From Octopus vulgaris (lineage: Eukaryota): 64,000 bases of DNA. Under the pieces are notes generated by a model. That model saw only the letters and a program-made list of their open reading frames with translations, was not told the DNA's origin and searched no databases. This document shows, in pieces, positions 44,281 to 57,396 of this stretch (its first letter is position 1; the number at the start of each line of letters is the position of its first letter). The DNA lies in NCBI GenBank assembly GCA_951406725.2, contig OX597817.1:84382001-84446000 (forward strand). Direction: 5' to 3'. A program made the position numbers and the translations under genes.

Positions 44281-44770
44281 GGAAAGCCTGAAACAGCTAA
44301 GACTGTACTCCCTGGAGCGAAGGCGGGAGAGATATGCAGTAATATACATCTGGATGATCCTGAAAGGGACTGTGCCAAATTTTAGCATTGAAAGCTACAT
44401 AAATACCAGAACGGGTCGCTACTGCACAGTGCCAAAGATCCCAGCAATACCGTCGCGCTTCAGAACGAGTTACTGTAAAAGCTTTGGTTTCAGGGGACCA
44501 CAGCTTTTTGATGTTCTCCCAAAGAGCCTTAGACACCTATACAAAGTGGACGTAGGTGTTTTCAAATCACAAATGGATCTCTTCCTATCGAGAGTTCCAG
44601 ATGAACCTACCTCACAACAGGCGGCGCAAATGGGTGTAGCAGCATCAAACTCTCTTATTCCCTAAATGTCACATATCAAAGGAAGCTTTCAGTAATAGCA
44701 GTGTGGCAAAACTGTGGTGCCCCAGCATGGCCACAGCTTTGAGCTGAAATTGATAAAACAAATAAAACAA
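44280..44770 (+). mobile_element. CR1-type LINE 3' end
   Basis: LKQLRLYSLERRRERY..IYIW.IL...GPQLFDVLPKSLR...FKSQMDLFLSRVPDEP, followed by a 3' tail. Confidence 0.8.
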
Positions 44771-44851
44771 ACAGATATATATATAAGATATATATATAAT
44801 AATATATATATAATATAATATAAATATATTGTATATGAATAATATATATAT

Positions 44852-45014
44852 AGGCGCAGGAGTGGCTGTGTGGTAAGTAGCTTGCTTACCAACCACATGG
44901 TTCCGGGTTCAGTCCCACTGCGTGGCATCTTGGGCAAGTGTCTTCTGCTATAGCCTCGGGCTGACCAAAGCCTTGTGAGTGGATTTGGTAGACGGAAACT
45001 GAAAGAAGCCTGTC

Positions 45015-45076
<62 letters not shown>

Positions 45077-45273
45077 TTGTGTGTTTGTCCCCCTAGCATT
45101 GCTTTACAAGCGATGCTGGTATGTTTAGGTCCCCGTCACTTACCGGTTCGGCAAAAGAGACCGATAAAATAAGTACTGGGCTTACAAAGAATAAGTCCCG
45201 GGGTCGATTTGCTCGACTAAAGGCGGTGCTCCAGCATGGCCGCAGTCAAATGACTGAAACAAGTAAAAGAGTA
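44852..45273 (+). mobile_element. Well-preserved tRNA-derived SINE, family A
   Basis: Pol III A-box-like TGGCTGTGTGG, B-box-like GGTTCAGTCC, internal (TA)n, and tail CCAGCATGGCCGCAGTCAAATGACTGAAAC. Confidence 0.9.
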
Positions 45274-45335
45274 AATATGTACATTATATATATACACGTA
45301 TATATATAAGTATATATATACATATATATACATAC

Positions 45336-45368
<33 letters not shown>

Positions 45369-45680
45369 CAAATACATATTTATATACACTCATATACATA
45401 TATATGCATATACATATATATATACATATACACATATATACATATATGTATGTATATATATGTATATATATATGTAAATGTATATATATGTATATATATA
45501 TATGTACATGTATATATATATGTTTGTGTGTGTGTATGTTTATATATATGTATATATATTATATATATATATGTATATATGTTTGTATGTATATGTATAT
45601 ATACATGTATATATATATGCATATATATCATGCATATATATAGATATATATATATACATGTATGTATATATATATATTTA

Positions 45681-45740
<60 letters not shown>

Positions 45741-46490
45741 AAATTAGATAAAACCCACTATTATGTAATCCAAACAATTATTATTTTATTATTTTATAAT
45801 TAATATATGTGAACTAAAATCTAAAAGTATTAAATGTGATTGATTTGTAAAATAGTTTGTAACGTAAAATATTAGAGTATAGGTAGTGAAAAGATATACT
45901 ATAGTTTGTTAATGTTATTCTCAAAGCTAAAATATATCTTCACAGATGAAATACATTTTTCTATCTATTGACTCTAATCTTTTAACCTTAGGTTTTTAAC
46001 ATGATAAATGTAATATGAACACCTGGTTCTACTTTTTAAGTTTCAAATTTAATTAACGGTGTTTCTTCTATAAGAAGAATCATGATTTTATTTCTCTAAG
46101 AAATATCATTTAATTCTATTTGATTATCTATTTAACTCTTATTGTTATTATTATTTTTGTCCTGAGAAGTGATTATACTTTTAAATTGAATTGTTTTTCG
46201 ATGGAATTTAAATTTAATTGTAATTCGAATTGAAGTTATAGCCACGAAACTACGTAGTCTTTTTACTTATATAGTGTTTATTCATTTTTCGTACTTTTTG
46301 TGATCTAGTTATATGTTTTATAATATATTTCATTTTTTCTTTATGATATGGTTTATGTCTATCATTGTTTGAATTACATAATAGTGGGTTTTCTCTAATT
46401 TTATATATATTATATATTTATATTGTGAAATTTGATTTAATACTAAACTGAATTTACCCCTGTAAGTTTGGAGTTATACTCCCCAATATG
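45741..46490. repeat. AT-rich element with about 38-bp inverted repeats (PLE-like)
   Basis: AAATTAGATAAAACCCACTATTATGTAATCCAAACAAT and the inverted copy at about 46364-46402. Confidence 0.6.
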
Positions 46491-46571
46491 AAATATATAT
46501 ATATATAATAAACATATATTAACACGGCTAGCCAAAACGTTAGCTTCGCTAATCGCTAACAGAATATATAT

Positions 46572-47505
46572 ATCGTCGTCGACGGCGTTTTATCGTGCAT
46601 CCGATAATTTATTTGGCTTCTTCTTGACTGCTTCTTCTCCTCTGTTCGTGTTTGTGCCTCTGATGATTAATGAGGCCGATTCTTGCATGGAAGCGTCTAT
46701 TGCAAACTTCACAACGGATCTGTGGTGGGGGCTCTGGTTGTAGCAGCTTCTATTTTTTCTTATCGTTTCTCTTCTTTCCTGTCGTTCAACTTCAAAATGA
46801 TCTGTTATAGTGGAGGTGGAATGATGCCAGCCGAGCATGTCTTGTGCTTCAATATCCCAGGCTTTGAGATCGATTTCAGTTAGTTTTAGGCTTTATTTCA
46901 GCTGGTCCTTGTATCGTTTGAGAGGACGGCCACGGAGTTTTCTTCCAGTGATAAGTTCACCATATAACATTTGACGAAGCAGACTGGTTTCTTTCTTTTT
47001 TGCTGCGTGGCCCACCCATCTCAGAGTATATTTCAGGATGGTGGTCACGATGCTGCTGCTTTTCGTTCTCTCCAAAATGGAGATATCGGTCACATAATCA
47101 TTCCATTTGATATTCATGACAGAGCGGAGCTTCTTTTGATGAAATCGCTCTAGTTTTTTGACGTCACTGGTAAAGAATCCAAGTTTCACAACCGTAGAGA
47201 GTGGAGATCATGACCACTTGATAGACACTCAATTTTGTTTTATGGTTCAGATCTTTGTTCTTAAAGACCCTTTTCGTGAGTCGCACTTAATCGGTTCTCC
47301 ACGTCCTTTTCCGACGTGCACTTATTCGAAAGAAAACTTCCTAAGTCTGAAAAGTGGTTGACTTTCTCCAGTGGTGTCTCCGAGATGGTAATGTTGAGGT
47401 TTGGAGTTTCCTGACTTAGAACGGGTTGTGCCACGTTTTTTTTATGTTGACTTTTAGATCAAACCGAGTGTAAGCATTGGTGAAGTTATTCACCGATTTT
47501 TGAAG
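46572..47505 (-). mobile_element. RTE-clade LINE 3' fragment
   Basis: LERFHQKKLR...LRWVGH...MLYGEL...RGRPLKRYKDQLK and a (GAC)n-like tail. Confidence 0.85.
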
Positions 47506-47514
47506 ATGTTCACT

Positions 47515-47870
47515 GGCGCAGGCGTGGTTGTGTGACAAGAAGCTTGCTTCGCGACCACATGGTTCCAGGTTCAGATCCACTGCGTGGCAATTCGGATAAA
47601 TGTCTTCTACTATAGCCTCGTCCCAACCAAAGCCCTATGACAGGATTTGGTAGACGGAAACTGAAAGATGTCTGTCGTGTTTGTGTGTTTGTGTGTGTGT
47701 GTATGTGTGTGTATGTGTGTCTTTGTGTCTGTGTTTGAGCCCCCGCCATCGCTTGACAACTGATGTTGTGTATTACGTCTCCGTAACTTAGCGGTTCGGC
47801 AAAAGAGTTAAATAGAATAAGTACTAGTCTTACAAAGAATAAGTCCTGAGATAGATTTCTTCTACTAAAA
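47515..47870 (+). mobile_element. tRNA-derived SINE, family A
   Basis: Same head and body as 44852-45273. Confidence 0.85.
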
Positions 47871-48454
47871 AAAACCTTTAATAACGGAAAGAAGTAAAAT
47901 AATAAAAGAATATATCATATGTCTTTTATCTTTTATCTTTTACTTGTATCAGTCATTTGACTGTGGCCATGCTGGAAACCCTTCAAAATTAAAAGACTCT
48001 TTCCCCTGTAAATAATTTTTCAATGATTTGAAAGGATGATTATAAGATGGAGCAAGATCAGGAGAATAAGAAGGATAGAGCAAAACCTCTTTATATAGTG
48101 GTGTAATTTTTTCCGGAGTAGCTTGGGCAATATGTGATTATACCTTATCACGTAAGAGCAACACCCTTGTATGACTGACCAATGATGAGAGCTTTTCTGC
48201 AAATTTTTCTCCAACGCTGGTTAGTTTTACGAGTTATTATCTGCATGATAAAACTTAGTATTTCTCTACGAAGACAAACCCATAATTTTACGCCCAACTA
48301 TCTAGTTATACATTTTCTTAAAAGCATCATTACAAAGCTTTGATGCATATAATATATTTGCGTGTGTATGTACGCGCGTGTGTATGTGCGCGCGTGTGTA
48401 TATGCGCGCGTGTGTGTGCGTGTGTGTTTATGTGTGCGTATACTGTATATACAT

Positions 48455-50545
48455 ACGTTATGGCTGCCCCCTTGTTATCGAGTATGGCCATTGCACGAAG
48501 TTTAACTGTTATTGGTGCTGTGATCGAATGTGACTTTTTAGCCCAGCCAAAGATCTACAATGTCTTGTACAAAATTGGCAACTAAAACCTTTACTGGTAA
48601 TAGCCGGCTGTAGTTGTAACTGGGCTTCATGTACCTTTGCATGTCGTTTAAGTCCACCTGCCGAATTACACTCTCTTCCACATGCCCGACAGATATGATT
48701 AGTATGGTGTGTTCCGCCACCACCAGTGGTCAGGTTGTCACTCATCTGTCTCGTTTTATGACTACGAAGATGACTCTTGAGTCCAGCTTTACTGAGGCAT
48801 GTCAGCACCAAAGGTAGACCCTTCCCTTCTGGAAGTGTAACAGCGATACCCTTCTTGACATCCCTCCGTACTTTCTCATGTGCAACTCGAGATTTCTCAA
48901 AAGTGGCTGTCCCCTCATGCACAATCCTTCTCCAACTGCTACGATCAATAGCTATGCCTTCCCATATGTCAAGAGAGATGCAAGCATCTCTTAAGGAAGC
49001 CTTCAGCAAGTCCTTATACCTCTTTTGGGGTTTATGTGGAGGTCGTTCACCTTTAGCTAACTCTCCATAAAAGAGTTGTTTTGGCATCCTTGAATCCTTC
49101 ATTCTGACCAGATGACCACTCCATCTGACCCTTTGCTTTAACACAAGAGCTTCTATACTTTCACACCGAGAGCCTTCCAATATTTCAAGATCACTGATGC
49201 GGTCCTTCCATTTAATGCCATAGATCCGCCTGAGGCACATCTGATGGAAACGTTCCAGTTGTTTAAGGTGGTATCGATATGTGACCCACGTCTCGCAGGC
49301 ATAGAGAAGAGAAGGGAGCACACATGCCTTGTACACCTTTATCTTTGTCTTTCTGCATATGTCTCGCCGACTCCAGAGGCGCTTTTCTAGCCTTTCGAAA
49401 GCAACACTTGCTTTCCTAATTCTATATGGAATTTCATCATTCAAATTGCCATATCTATTAATAGTGCTTCCCAGGTAGACAAACTGATCAACTACATCAA
49501 GTCGTTTACCATACACATAGATATTTGGTACACTATACTGCTTACCAGGGGCAGGTTGATGCATGACAACAGTTTTCTTGAGATTGACTGTCAATCCTAA
49601 GGCAGTGCAAGCATCAGAGAATGCATTCAAAATGTGTTGCATATCAATCTCTGTGTGTGCTACTAGCTCACAATCATCTACATACAAAAGGTCTCTTATT
49701 ATAGAGGTAAATACCTTTCTTTTTGCAGCAAGGCGCCTGATATTAAATATGCTGCCAGAGTTTCGATAATGGACGTAAACACCGTATCTGCAGTTTCTGA
49801 ATGCAATACAGAACACCATCGCGAAATATATGGAAAATAGGGTCGGTGCCAGAATATCCCCCTGTTTCACTCCATTTTGTATTGAAATGGGCTCCGACAG
49901 TTTCCCTCTAATATTCACCCTACCATTCATGTCTTCATGAAAGGACCTGACCAAAGCAAGGTACTTTTCAGGACACCCAAGTTTCTGGAGGACCTTCCAC
50001 AATGCTTTTCTATTGACGGTATCAAAAGCTTTTGTCAGATCGACAAAAACCTGATACAAATCCAGACCCTGTTCCACACACTTTTCCTAAAGCTGTCTAG
50101 CTGAAAAGATCATATCAGCAGTGCCACGTCCCATACGAAAGCCAGATTGACTTTCTGGAAGAACACAATCTGCAATGTATTTCAGCAGACGATCCAGAAG
50201 TATTCTGCATAAAACCTTTCCTACAGCAGACAGCAATGATACTCCCCTATAATTACCACAATCATTCCTGTTGCCCTTTTCCCTTATACAGGACCACCAT
50301 TACTGCATCTCTCCAGTCCTCAGGTACAGATTCACTAGTCCATATCTTACTAAACAAAGAGTGAAGTTTCTGCAGAAGTTTCTCACCACCATGCTGTAAC
50401 AACTCAGCATGTATGCCATCCATACCCGGAGACTTCCCATTATTCAACCTTGAGACAGCCATTGCAAATGGTGAGGATGTTCTCAATCTCATCCCTGGAT
50501 TGCCTGTGAAGGCAGCACTCGTGGAACCACCAAGTTGGAAGAAGT
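48455..50545 (-). mobile_element. 5'-truncated RTE-clade LINE with a 522-aa open RT / C-terminal C2H2 zinc-finger frame
   Basis: ORF 48509-50077 has FVDLTKAFDTV, GVKQGDILAP, YVDD, YLGS, LLYACETW and RWSGH, plus fingers CRACG...HAKVH and CQFC...HIRSQH. The upstream RT part is separated by a stop. Confidence 0.93.
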
Positions 50546-50787
50546 TGCAATATACATACATGCATACATATGTACATACGTGTGCGTGCGTACGTACGTG
50601 CGTGTATGTGTTCAAATATGAATGAGAAGTAGCCCGAGGTATATAAACAATATCGAACACATATACACAAAGTATGTCCTTTGTCAGTTCGTGGGCAGGT
50701 TGCGATTGTAGGCGTAAGATAATATATTTCGATATTACATATGTGCGTGTGTGTGTGTTTGTATGTATGCATATATATATATATATA

Positions 50788-51056
50788 GGTATGTAGGTAG
50801 GTAGGTAGGTAGGTAGGTAGGTAGGTAAGTAGGTAGGTAGGTAGGTAGGTAGGTAGGGTAGGTAGGTAGGTAGGTAGGTAGGTAGGTAGGTAGGTAGGTA
50901 GGTAGGTAAGGTAGGTAGGTAGGTAGGTAGGTAGGTAGGTAGGTAGGTAGGTAGGTAGGTAGGTAGGTAGGTAGGTAGGTAGGTAGGTAAGTAGGTAGGT
51001 AGGTAGGTAGGTAGGTAGGTAGGTAGGTAGGTAGGTAGGTAGGTAGGTAGGTAGGT
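50788..51056. repeat. (TAGG)n microsatellite
   Basis: Visible directly. Confidence 0.95.
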
Positions 51057-51552
51057 ATGTATATATGCAAATATTTGATCTGCAAGTAGAAGTACCAGTT
51101 GAATTTGACATCACAGGCTCTGGTCCTAAATGAAGAAAGGAAACACTGGATAATATGATTCTGAACATTTTCCAAAAGAAGTCTGATGGCTCAAGCTGGA
51201 ATACCTTTGATCACACACGTCTTCTTTACGTGTATTGATCTAGGAATAAGCAACAAGCGACCATTTCCCGTCATAGATACAAAATTCTTTTTCGAGAATG
51301 TTATCGCTTAAACGCTTGGCCTTGTCATTATACACGTTTGGTGGGAAGGAGCATCTAAATTTAGATGCAATGTTACTTGAATTTGTTTAAAATCGAGTAG
51401 TCGGAGGAGCACCAATATTTTTCGTAGATGTTCAGTGCGTGGTAAGATCGATGGGTTGGTGCTCAGCTTCAACTATTGTGTGCCCATATGAAGATGATCA
51501 TACTCTAGTGAAGTGTATCTCTGGGAAGGCAAGATATGGAAAAGGATTTAAA

Positions 51553-51725
51553 TGCTAAACCCTAACACTAATCCCTAAATATTAATCCCTAACCATGAAC
51601 ACTAAATCCTAACCCTGAATCCTCACCTTAAACACTACTCCCAAATCCTAAATCTTAAACTCTAAATCATAATACCCATCCCTAAAACTAACCCTTCATT
51701 TTAATTCTAAACACCAAACCCTAAT
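51553..51725. repeat. Degenerate (CCCTAA)-like interstitial telomere-like repeat
   Basis: Run of CTAAAC/CCTAAC/CCTAAA variants. Confidence 0.6.
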
Positions 51726-51949
51726 TTCATTTGTGTAGAATCGTCCTCTCTTAAAACATATAATGCTGATAAGAGCTTTAAAGATTTATCAAAAATCCAA
51801 AAACTACGGCCAGATGCGTGGTTTGGGGCAGAGAGAGAGAGAGAGAGAGAGCAAAAACATTTTAGATAATTGGAATTCTTAATGACATTTTTTGCAGAAT
51901 CCCATGTTTAAAATATAGGATTCTAAGTAAATCCTAAATATAGTATTCT

Positions 51950-52850
51950 ACTGTGTAACATTGGACGTATGAGAAGGATCGCCGTCTAGTGTGAAAATGT
52001 AATTATCTCCAAATTCTTCGGTCACCTATGGCAAAACATTATCCTCCAACATTTTCACATAAATTGCTAAATTGACCTTCGTCCTGTCATAAATGAACAC
52101 CAGAGATTTTCCGCCATCGAATGACACTGGTGCCCAAACCATCGCTCCGGTGAGTTCATTCTGCGAAACATCTTACGGGTGCCTTCGGGAACAGCATCCG
52201 TCCTCGTGGACAAAATCCTGTCGTTTTAGATGTTCGCTACAGACTCCACGGTGAATATCTTTTCGTTCGCCTAGATGAAAATATTGTCACTGGCGTTCTG
52301 AATCTTTGCCATATTCTTGCACCTGTCCAGACGCTTTGCTTTGGAAGCGGCCGAAATTATGTGTCGACGCTGCAATTTTAATGACTTACAATTTAAGTCT
52401 TCATGCACAACCTGTCACATAGTCGTCTGGGAGATATCGAGACTTTTAGTGATTAGCCTCATACTTTGTCGTTGATTTTGCGACACTTTCTTTCGGACGA
52501 CATCTACCAATTGATTCGTCCGTACGGATCGTTTTCTATCAAGAATGGTCTTGCTGTCGAGTGGATTTGTCTCACTGTAGCGTTTCAAGACATTATAAAC
52601 TTTTGGGGATCAACGCCAACTCTTGAAGCTACGTCTTTGGCACTATGTCCTGCTTTTCTCAGAGCTACAATCTCACTTCACCTGTTAGCTTCCATATTGA
52701 AACTTTTTACTTTCCGAAAGTAAACAAAGTTGTATGCATGAACAATTGAATGTCGAAGAGCCGATTTTAACTATTTTTGTACAATTCCAAACTAAATTTA
52801 ATAAAAAAAAAAGTATTTAAATAATCGGGAATTTTTTACGGCGCATATAT
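51950..52850 (-). mobile_element. Decayed maT-like Tc1/mariner transposon
   Basis: Minus-strand translation includes NEKIFTVESVANI*NDRI, resembling the FSDEKxFTV...NxQNDR motif. Confidence 0.65.
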
Positions 52851-52981
52851 CATGTTTCACATTTACTGTGCTATTTACTTTATATGTGTGATTATGTATA
52901 AGTGTATGTTAAATACACGTATATAAGTGTGTACTAAACATATTACGCGTGTCTAATTGTATATACATGGTTATGTAGTTG

Positions 52982-54085
52982 TCATAGATATAAATATCAA
53001 TGTGTACGTGAGTGTTGTGCATGTGCATATGTGTGTTTGTGTGCCTGTGAGGGTGCATGATAGTACGTGAATGTAGTTTATGCACATCCACAAATTAGCA
53101 CGCACGTCGCTCAAATTTTAGGAGGACATTCGTCAGACCCTAGCTGTATTTTCGTCAAATTATTTTCCCCCGAGGCACCCGCGAATAGCGGTAAATAATT
53201 TTGAGCCAAAACTTCTAACAATTTTCAAGTCGGACAAATACACGACCATTTGCAAATATGAGTTAAGCCCCCTTCTGGCGACGGTGTAAAGAGAGGGAGA
53301 GGGAGAAAGAGAGAGAGAGAGAGAGATAACAAATTTTTTAAATTTCGTCTTTTTAGTGAGTGATTGACAAACAGGGGTTGTTATGTATGTACGTATGTAT
53401 GTATGTATGTATGTATGTATGTATGTATGTATGTATGTATGTATGTATGTATGTATGTGTGAATGGCTTCAGTCACACACACACACGAGCATGTATGTGT
53501 ACAAAACACGTGAATGCAATGTGTATGTGTATGTGTGTTGCCCGTATATATATACACAATATAAACGATATTCTCCGTTTCTCCAAAACTAATTTCCAAA
53601 TTAGCAGAATCCGTTGCTCTACTCAAAGTGATATATAGCTGGCCGTTCGTGAACATGGGAGAGAGCAGAGATTACCTGAGCAAAAGACCTAAGTGTTGAC
53701 TGTACATACGCTCCTTCGCAAACGATCAGCTATTATTTTGTAAACAATGTTTCGAAACTGTTCATGTTTTCGAAAGGAGAGATATGACTTACATCTCTGT
53801 GGGAGGAGGTAGGCCTCTCTATTCCACTTACAAAACTTACGTCCGGGTGCCAAATTTTCATTTTGTAAACAATGTTTCGAAACTGTTTATGCTTTCAAAA
53901 GGAGAGCTCTGACTCTCACATCTCTGCAGGAGAAGGTAGTTCTCTCTATTCCTCTTACAAAACTTACGTCCGGGCACCAAATTTGCTTCAATTGATGGTA
54001 TTACTCGGATAGGAGGTGGTGGTGGGACAGGTGAAGGGGGCAAAGGCGTGCAAAAACATGTACGCAATAGGTGTATGTACGTATA

Positions 54086-54129
<44 letters not shown>

Positions 54130-54848
54130 GCCATATATATATACTTAGTTGTGATCTGAACATAACCACTTCTCCCACAGAGGATCGGGGGGCCTTTTGG
54201 GCGGTCTATTTTCCTTGCTGGGTGGATTCCCAACCCATGGGGTGGTGTTTTCAAAAGGGTTGGCATATACAACCTGATCACCTCTGCCGATCAAACTCCC
54301 AACCCATGCGCTCCCTTCGCGACACTGATTCTGCAGAACTGGGTTGGGTATGAAAACCAACTTTAAAGTATAAATATAGATGTTTTTGAATCAGCATTGT
54401 TCGATTAAGTCCTATTTGGGGTGAAAAATCAATAAACTGATTCCTTATGGAGTTTTCTATTTAATCAGGATTTTAAAAATCGATAAACCGATTCCTTATA
54501 GGACTTCCCACTAAAATTGGCTACACCCCATTTTCAACCATAACGTCTACCAATGTTGATGTATTTTGTTCAAACTTGATGCCAGCATTACTTAGGACTC
54601 ATGGGATCTTTGAATGCTTTAAGTTCTCCAAAAAGGAAAAAAAATCGATGAGTGGAAAAGATCGATAAACCGATTCCTTATAGGATTTCCCAATCAAATT
54701 GTCTGCCAAAATTTCAGCCAAAACTTTACCAGTTTCAACGGATTTCACTCAAATTTGACGTCGATGTTGCTTAGATGTTGAAAATAAAGAGCTTGATTAA
54801 CTTAATAATCCTCACTTAATCCCGAGCAAAGCCGGGCTATACTGCTAG
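52982..54848 (+). mobile_element. Helitron-like element, same family as 6595-7810, with internal tandem duplications
   Basis: 3' hairpin CCCGAGCAAAGCCGGG then CTAG|T. 53062-53135 and 54728-54773 are reverse-complement homologues of about 7690-7770 and 6670-6717. There is a roughly 125-bp tandem pair at 53735-53985. The 5' boundary is approximate. Confidence 0.7.
53555..53670 (-). pseudogene. Helitron/PIF1 helicase C-terminal fragment
   Basis: SPMFTNGQLYITLSRAT...L.I....TENIVY matches the FSHGQLYVALSR...T.NIVY motif. Confidence 0.75.
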
Positions 54849-55169
54849 TGTATAGATATATGTGCGTGATACTATAAGTCTCTGAATGCGTATATGTTGT
54901 TGTTACTGTTGTTTTTAGCCCTACACGAGCCTTGATCGACTGGATTTATGGTATAAGGCATTCCAGTTATGAACAACCTGTGGAAGCTTTGGATGTTATT
55001 TCTACCGAGTTGAGTGACTAAGTAGAGTCTCTCTCATTGGTTCGTGTTTGCATTCGTATGAGGAGGTGCTGTCATTGATTTATGCGCGCATGTTTTATAA
55101 TATTATACAATATAACTTGTTTTCCTTTTTACTGTTCTCAGGCTACAGAGAAAGTTTGTTAAACATTAC

Positions 55170-55375
55170 CTTTAACTTCCTGTCCATTGATTTCACAGAT
55201 TCGGATGTTAAAGTTCCATACTGAGCAGCTAGTGAAGTATGATACGGAATTCTCTCTGAAATATTTTTTACTGCAAGGTCGATGGTAAATGTCTCCCTAA
55301 TTGCTTGCAAAACATCACCAATGCTGCTAATTCCATTTGCATCATTCGTCTTAGTTTCCGCAATTACCGCATTAT
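55170..55375 (-). CDS. Coding exon 2: (D)NAVIAETKTNDANGISSIGDVLQAIRETFTIDLAVKNISERIPYHTSLAAQYGTLTSESVKSMDRKLK
   Basis: Acceptor TTTTATATTACAG, donor AAAG|GTAATG, 206 nt open. It ends in phase 0 and continues as MDRKLK|VMIAGT into exon 3. Confidence 0.85.
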
Positions 55376-55422
55376 CTGTAATATAAAATATATACCATTG
55401 TATTAATATGATTCCAGAATTG

Positions 55423-55463
<41 letters not shown>

Positions 55464-56392
55464 CATATGTATATATATGAAGAGTTAAATTTGTCTTCGG
55501 ACGAGAGTCTTATGAGTCGCCCTCGAAGCTACAGCCTTCGTGGATGCGAAACTATTGATTACTATAACCAAACATCGACTTTATTACTTTAATGTGTGTG
55601 TGTATGTGTGAGTGCGTGCGTGTGCATTTTTGTATATAAATAAAAGGGATATGTCGTATGTGGAGTCTCATTTGTATAAAATAGAAATAAACAGTCTTTG
55701 ACTGCTATTTCTAATTTTTCGGTATGTGGCTAAGCAACCTGTTGCCTGCCTCTTATATATATATATATATATATATATATAATCGAAAACAATGAACAAA
55801 AGCAACAAAAAGGACAGCAGTAGAAAGACAGTTTTAAAATTTATTGTATTAGTCTAACGCTTAAAAAGGAAGGGAAAGAGTCTTAACTTTTCGGACAATA
55901 GTCCTCCATTAGAATACAAGTATAAACGAAGAGTAAATGAAGTGTGTGAAAGAGGAAAAAGTGGAGTAGGAAATAGGAGAGAGGTTAGGAGTTAGGGGCC
56001 AAGTAGGAATGCGGGTCCACGGGAGAGCTAATAAGAATGGAAAGTGTTTATGTGCACGCATAGGAGTGTTGTGAGACATGCATAAGTGTAGAATGCTATG
56101 TGAGCGATTTTGTGGTGTGTTTCTACAGAAAACAAAGGACGAAGACAGGTGAGGGAACAACAACCAAGTGTATAAGTTTGACGCTCAGGAAGAATGGAAA
56201 AGTCCTTGACGTTTCGAGCTTAGGCTCTTCGCCACAAAGGATTGTGAGGGAAAAATGCAGGAAAAAAAAACAGAGGGAGAAAAAAATGTGTAGAGATTAA
56301 CGGTTCAACATGATGAAGTATGTGTGTGTGCGCGCGCATGCGTGTGTGTATGCCTTAAATATATATATATAATATATACACACACACGCACG

Positions 56393-56423
<31 letters not shown>

Positions 56424-56646
56424 GTATGTGTGCATGTATGTATGTATGTATGTATGTATGTACGTATGTATGTATGTATAAACGAGTGAACAAACGAAAG
56501 AAAATGGCACTCAACATATTTGGTAAACGTATATGTATCATTTAGTAAAAGTTTCACTCAGTTCCAAGCGATTTAAAGTTTCGTATGCTCGAAGAACGTA
56601 TTCAGCTCAAGGCACGTGGTGCTATTGGTCTGGAAGCGGCATCAGT

Positions 56647-56669
56647 ATTTATTATTATTATTGTTCTTC

Positions 56670-56713
<44 letters not shown>

Positions 56714-56759
56714 GCTGCTGCTGCTGTTGCTGATGTTATTATTCTTGCTGTTGTTTTTG

Positions 56760-56825
<66 letters not shown>

Positions 56826-57396
56826 GTGAGAGAGCAGTTCATGCCATCAAAGTGACACTGGGGTAAAATATACGAAGCCCAATTTACCCATCATGACTAC
56901 CCGTCTGATAAAGGTACACCAGGCACATGCATCACAACCATATGTGCGCGACATGGTGATCTCATATCAAGATAAACAGCACATGACCTTGCAGGTGGGG
57001 CCCAGTTAGAATTTTCTTCAGGTTGAGTAGCCCATCCCGCTCAAACGGTCCCTGAATAAGGGTTGTTTAAGGATGTTGAAAGAACTACCCATGTTTCCAG
57101 AGGTGAACTATTCAAACCCCAAAGAATCCCTCTCAACACATGGCTATGATGCTCCCCCACTACTTCTGCTCGTGATCAGAGATGCACATATCGTCAGCCA
57201 CTAAGGGACATGCTCAACTGGTTAAGGTCAAACAATTGACAAGCAAATCTGTGGTATTGAGCAGAATATTTGCTGTAGCCCATCTTTTATACCAAGACAA
57301 AACAATGTACATGATAACACTTCCAATCAGTTAAGATCAGAAGCCATGAGAGCCACTGCCTGGTACTGCATTATTATTATTATTATTATTATTATT
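56647..57396. repeat. (TTG)n/(ATT)n tracts flanking a ~545-bp interspersed repeat (56825-57370)
   Basis: A complex sequence block is bounded by (ATT)n on both sides, suggesting insertion into the microsatellite. Family not identified. Confidence 0.55.

Noticed and set aside
44852-44925. tRNA gene
   Set aside because: It is the tRNA-like head of a multi-copy SINE and continues into the SINE body and tail.
46161-46260. Degenerate hammerhead-like motifs here and at about 17485-17515, 34545-34572 and 56205-56240
   Set aside because: The core box is mutated (CTGAGAA, CTGATAA, GTGGCGA and similar), so these are probably dead PLE relics.
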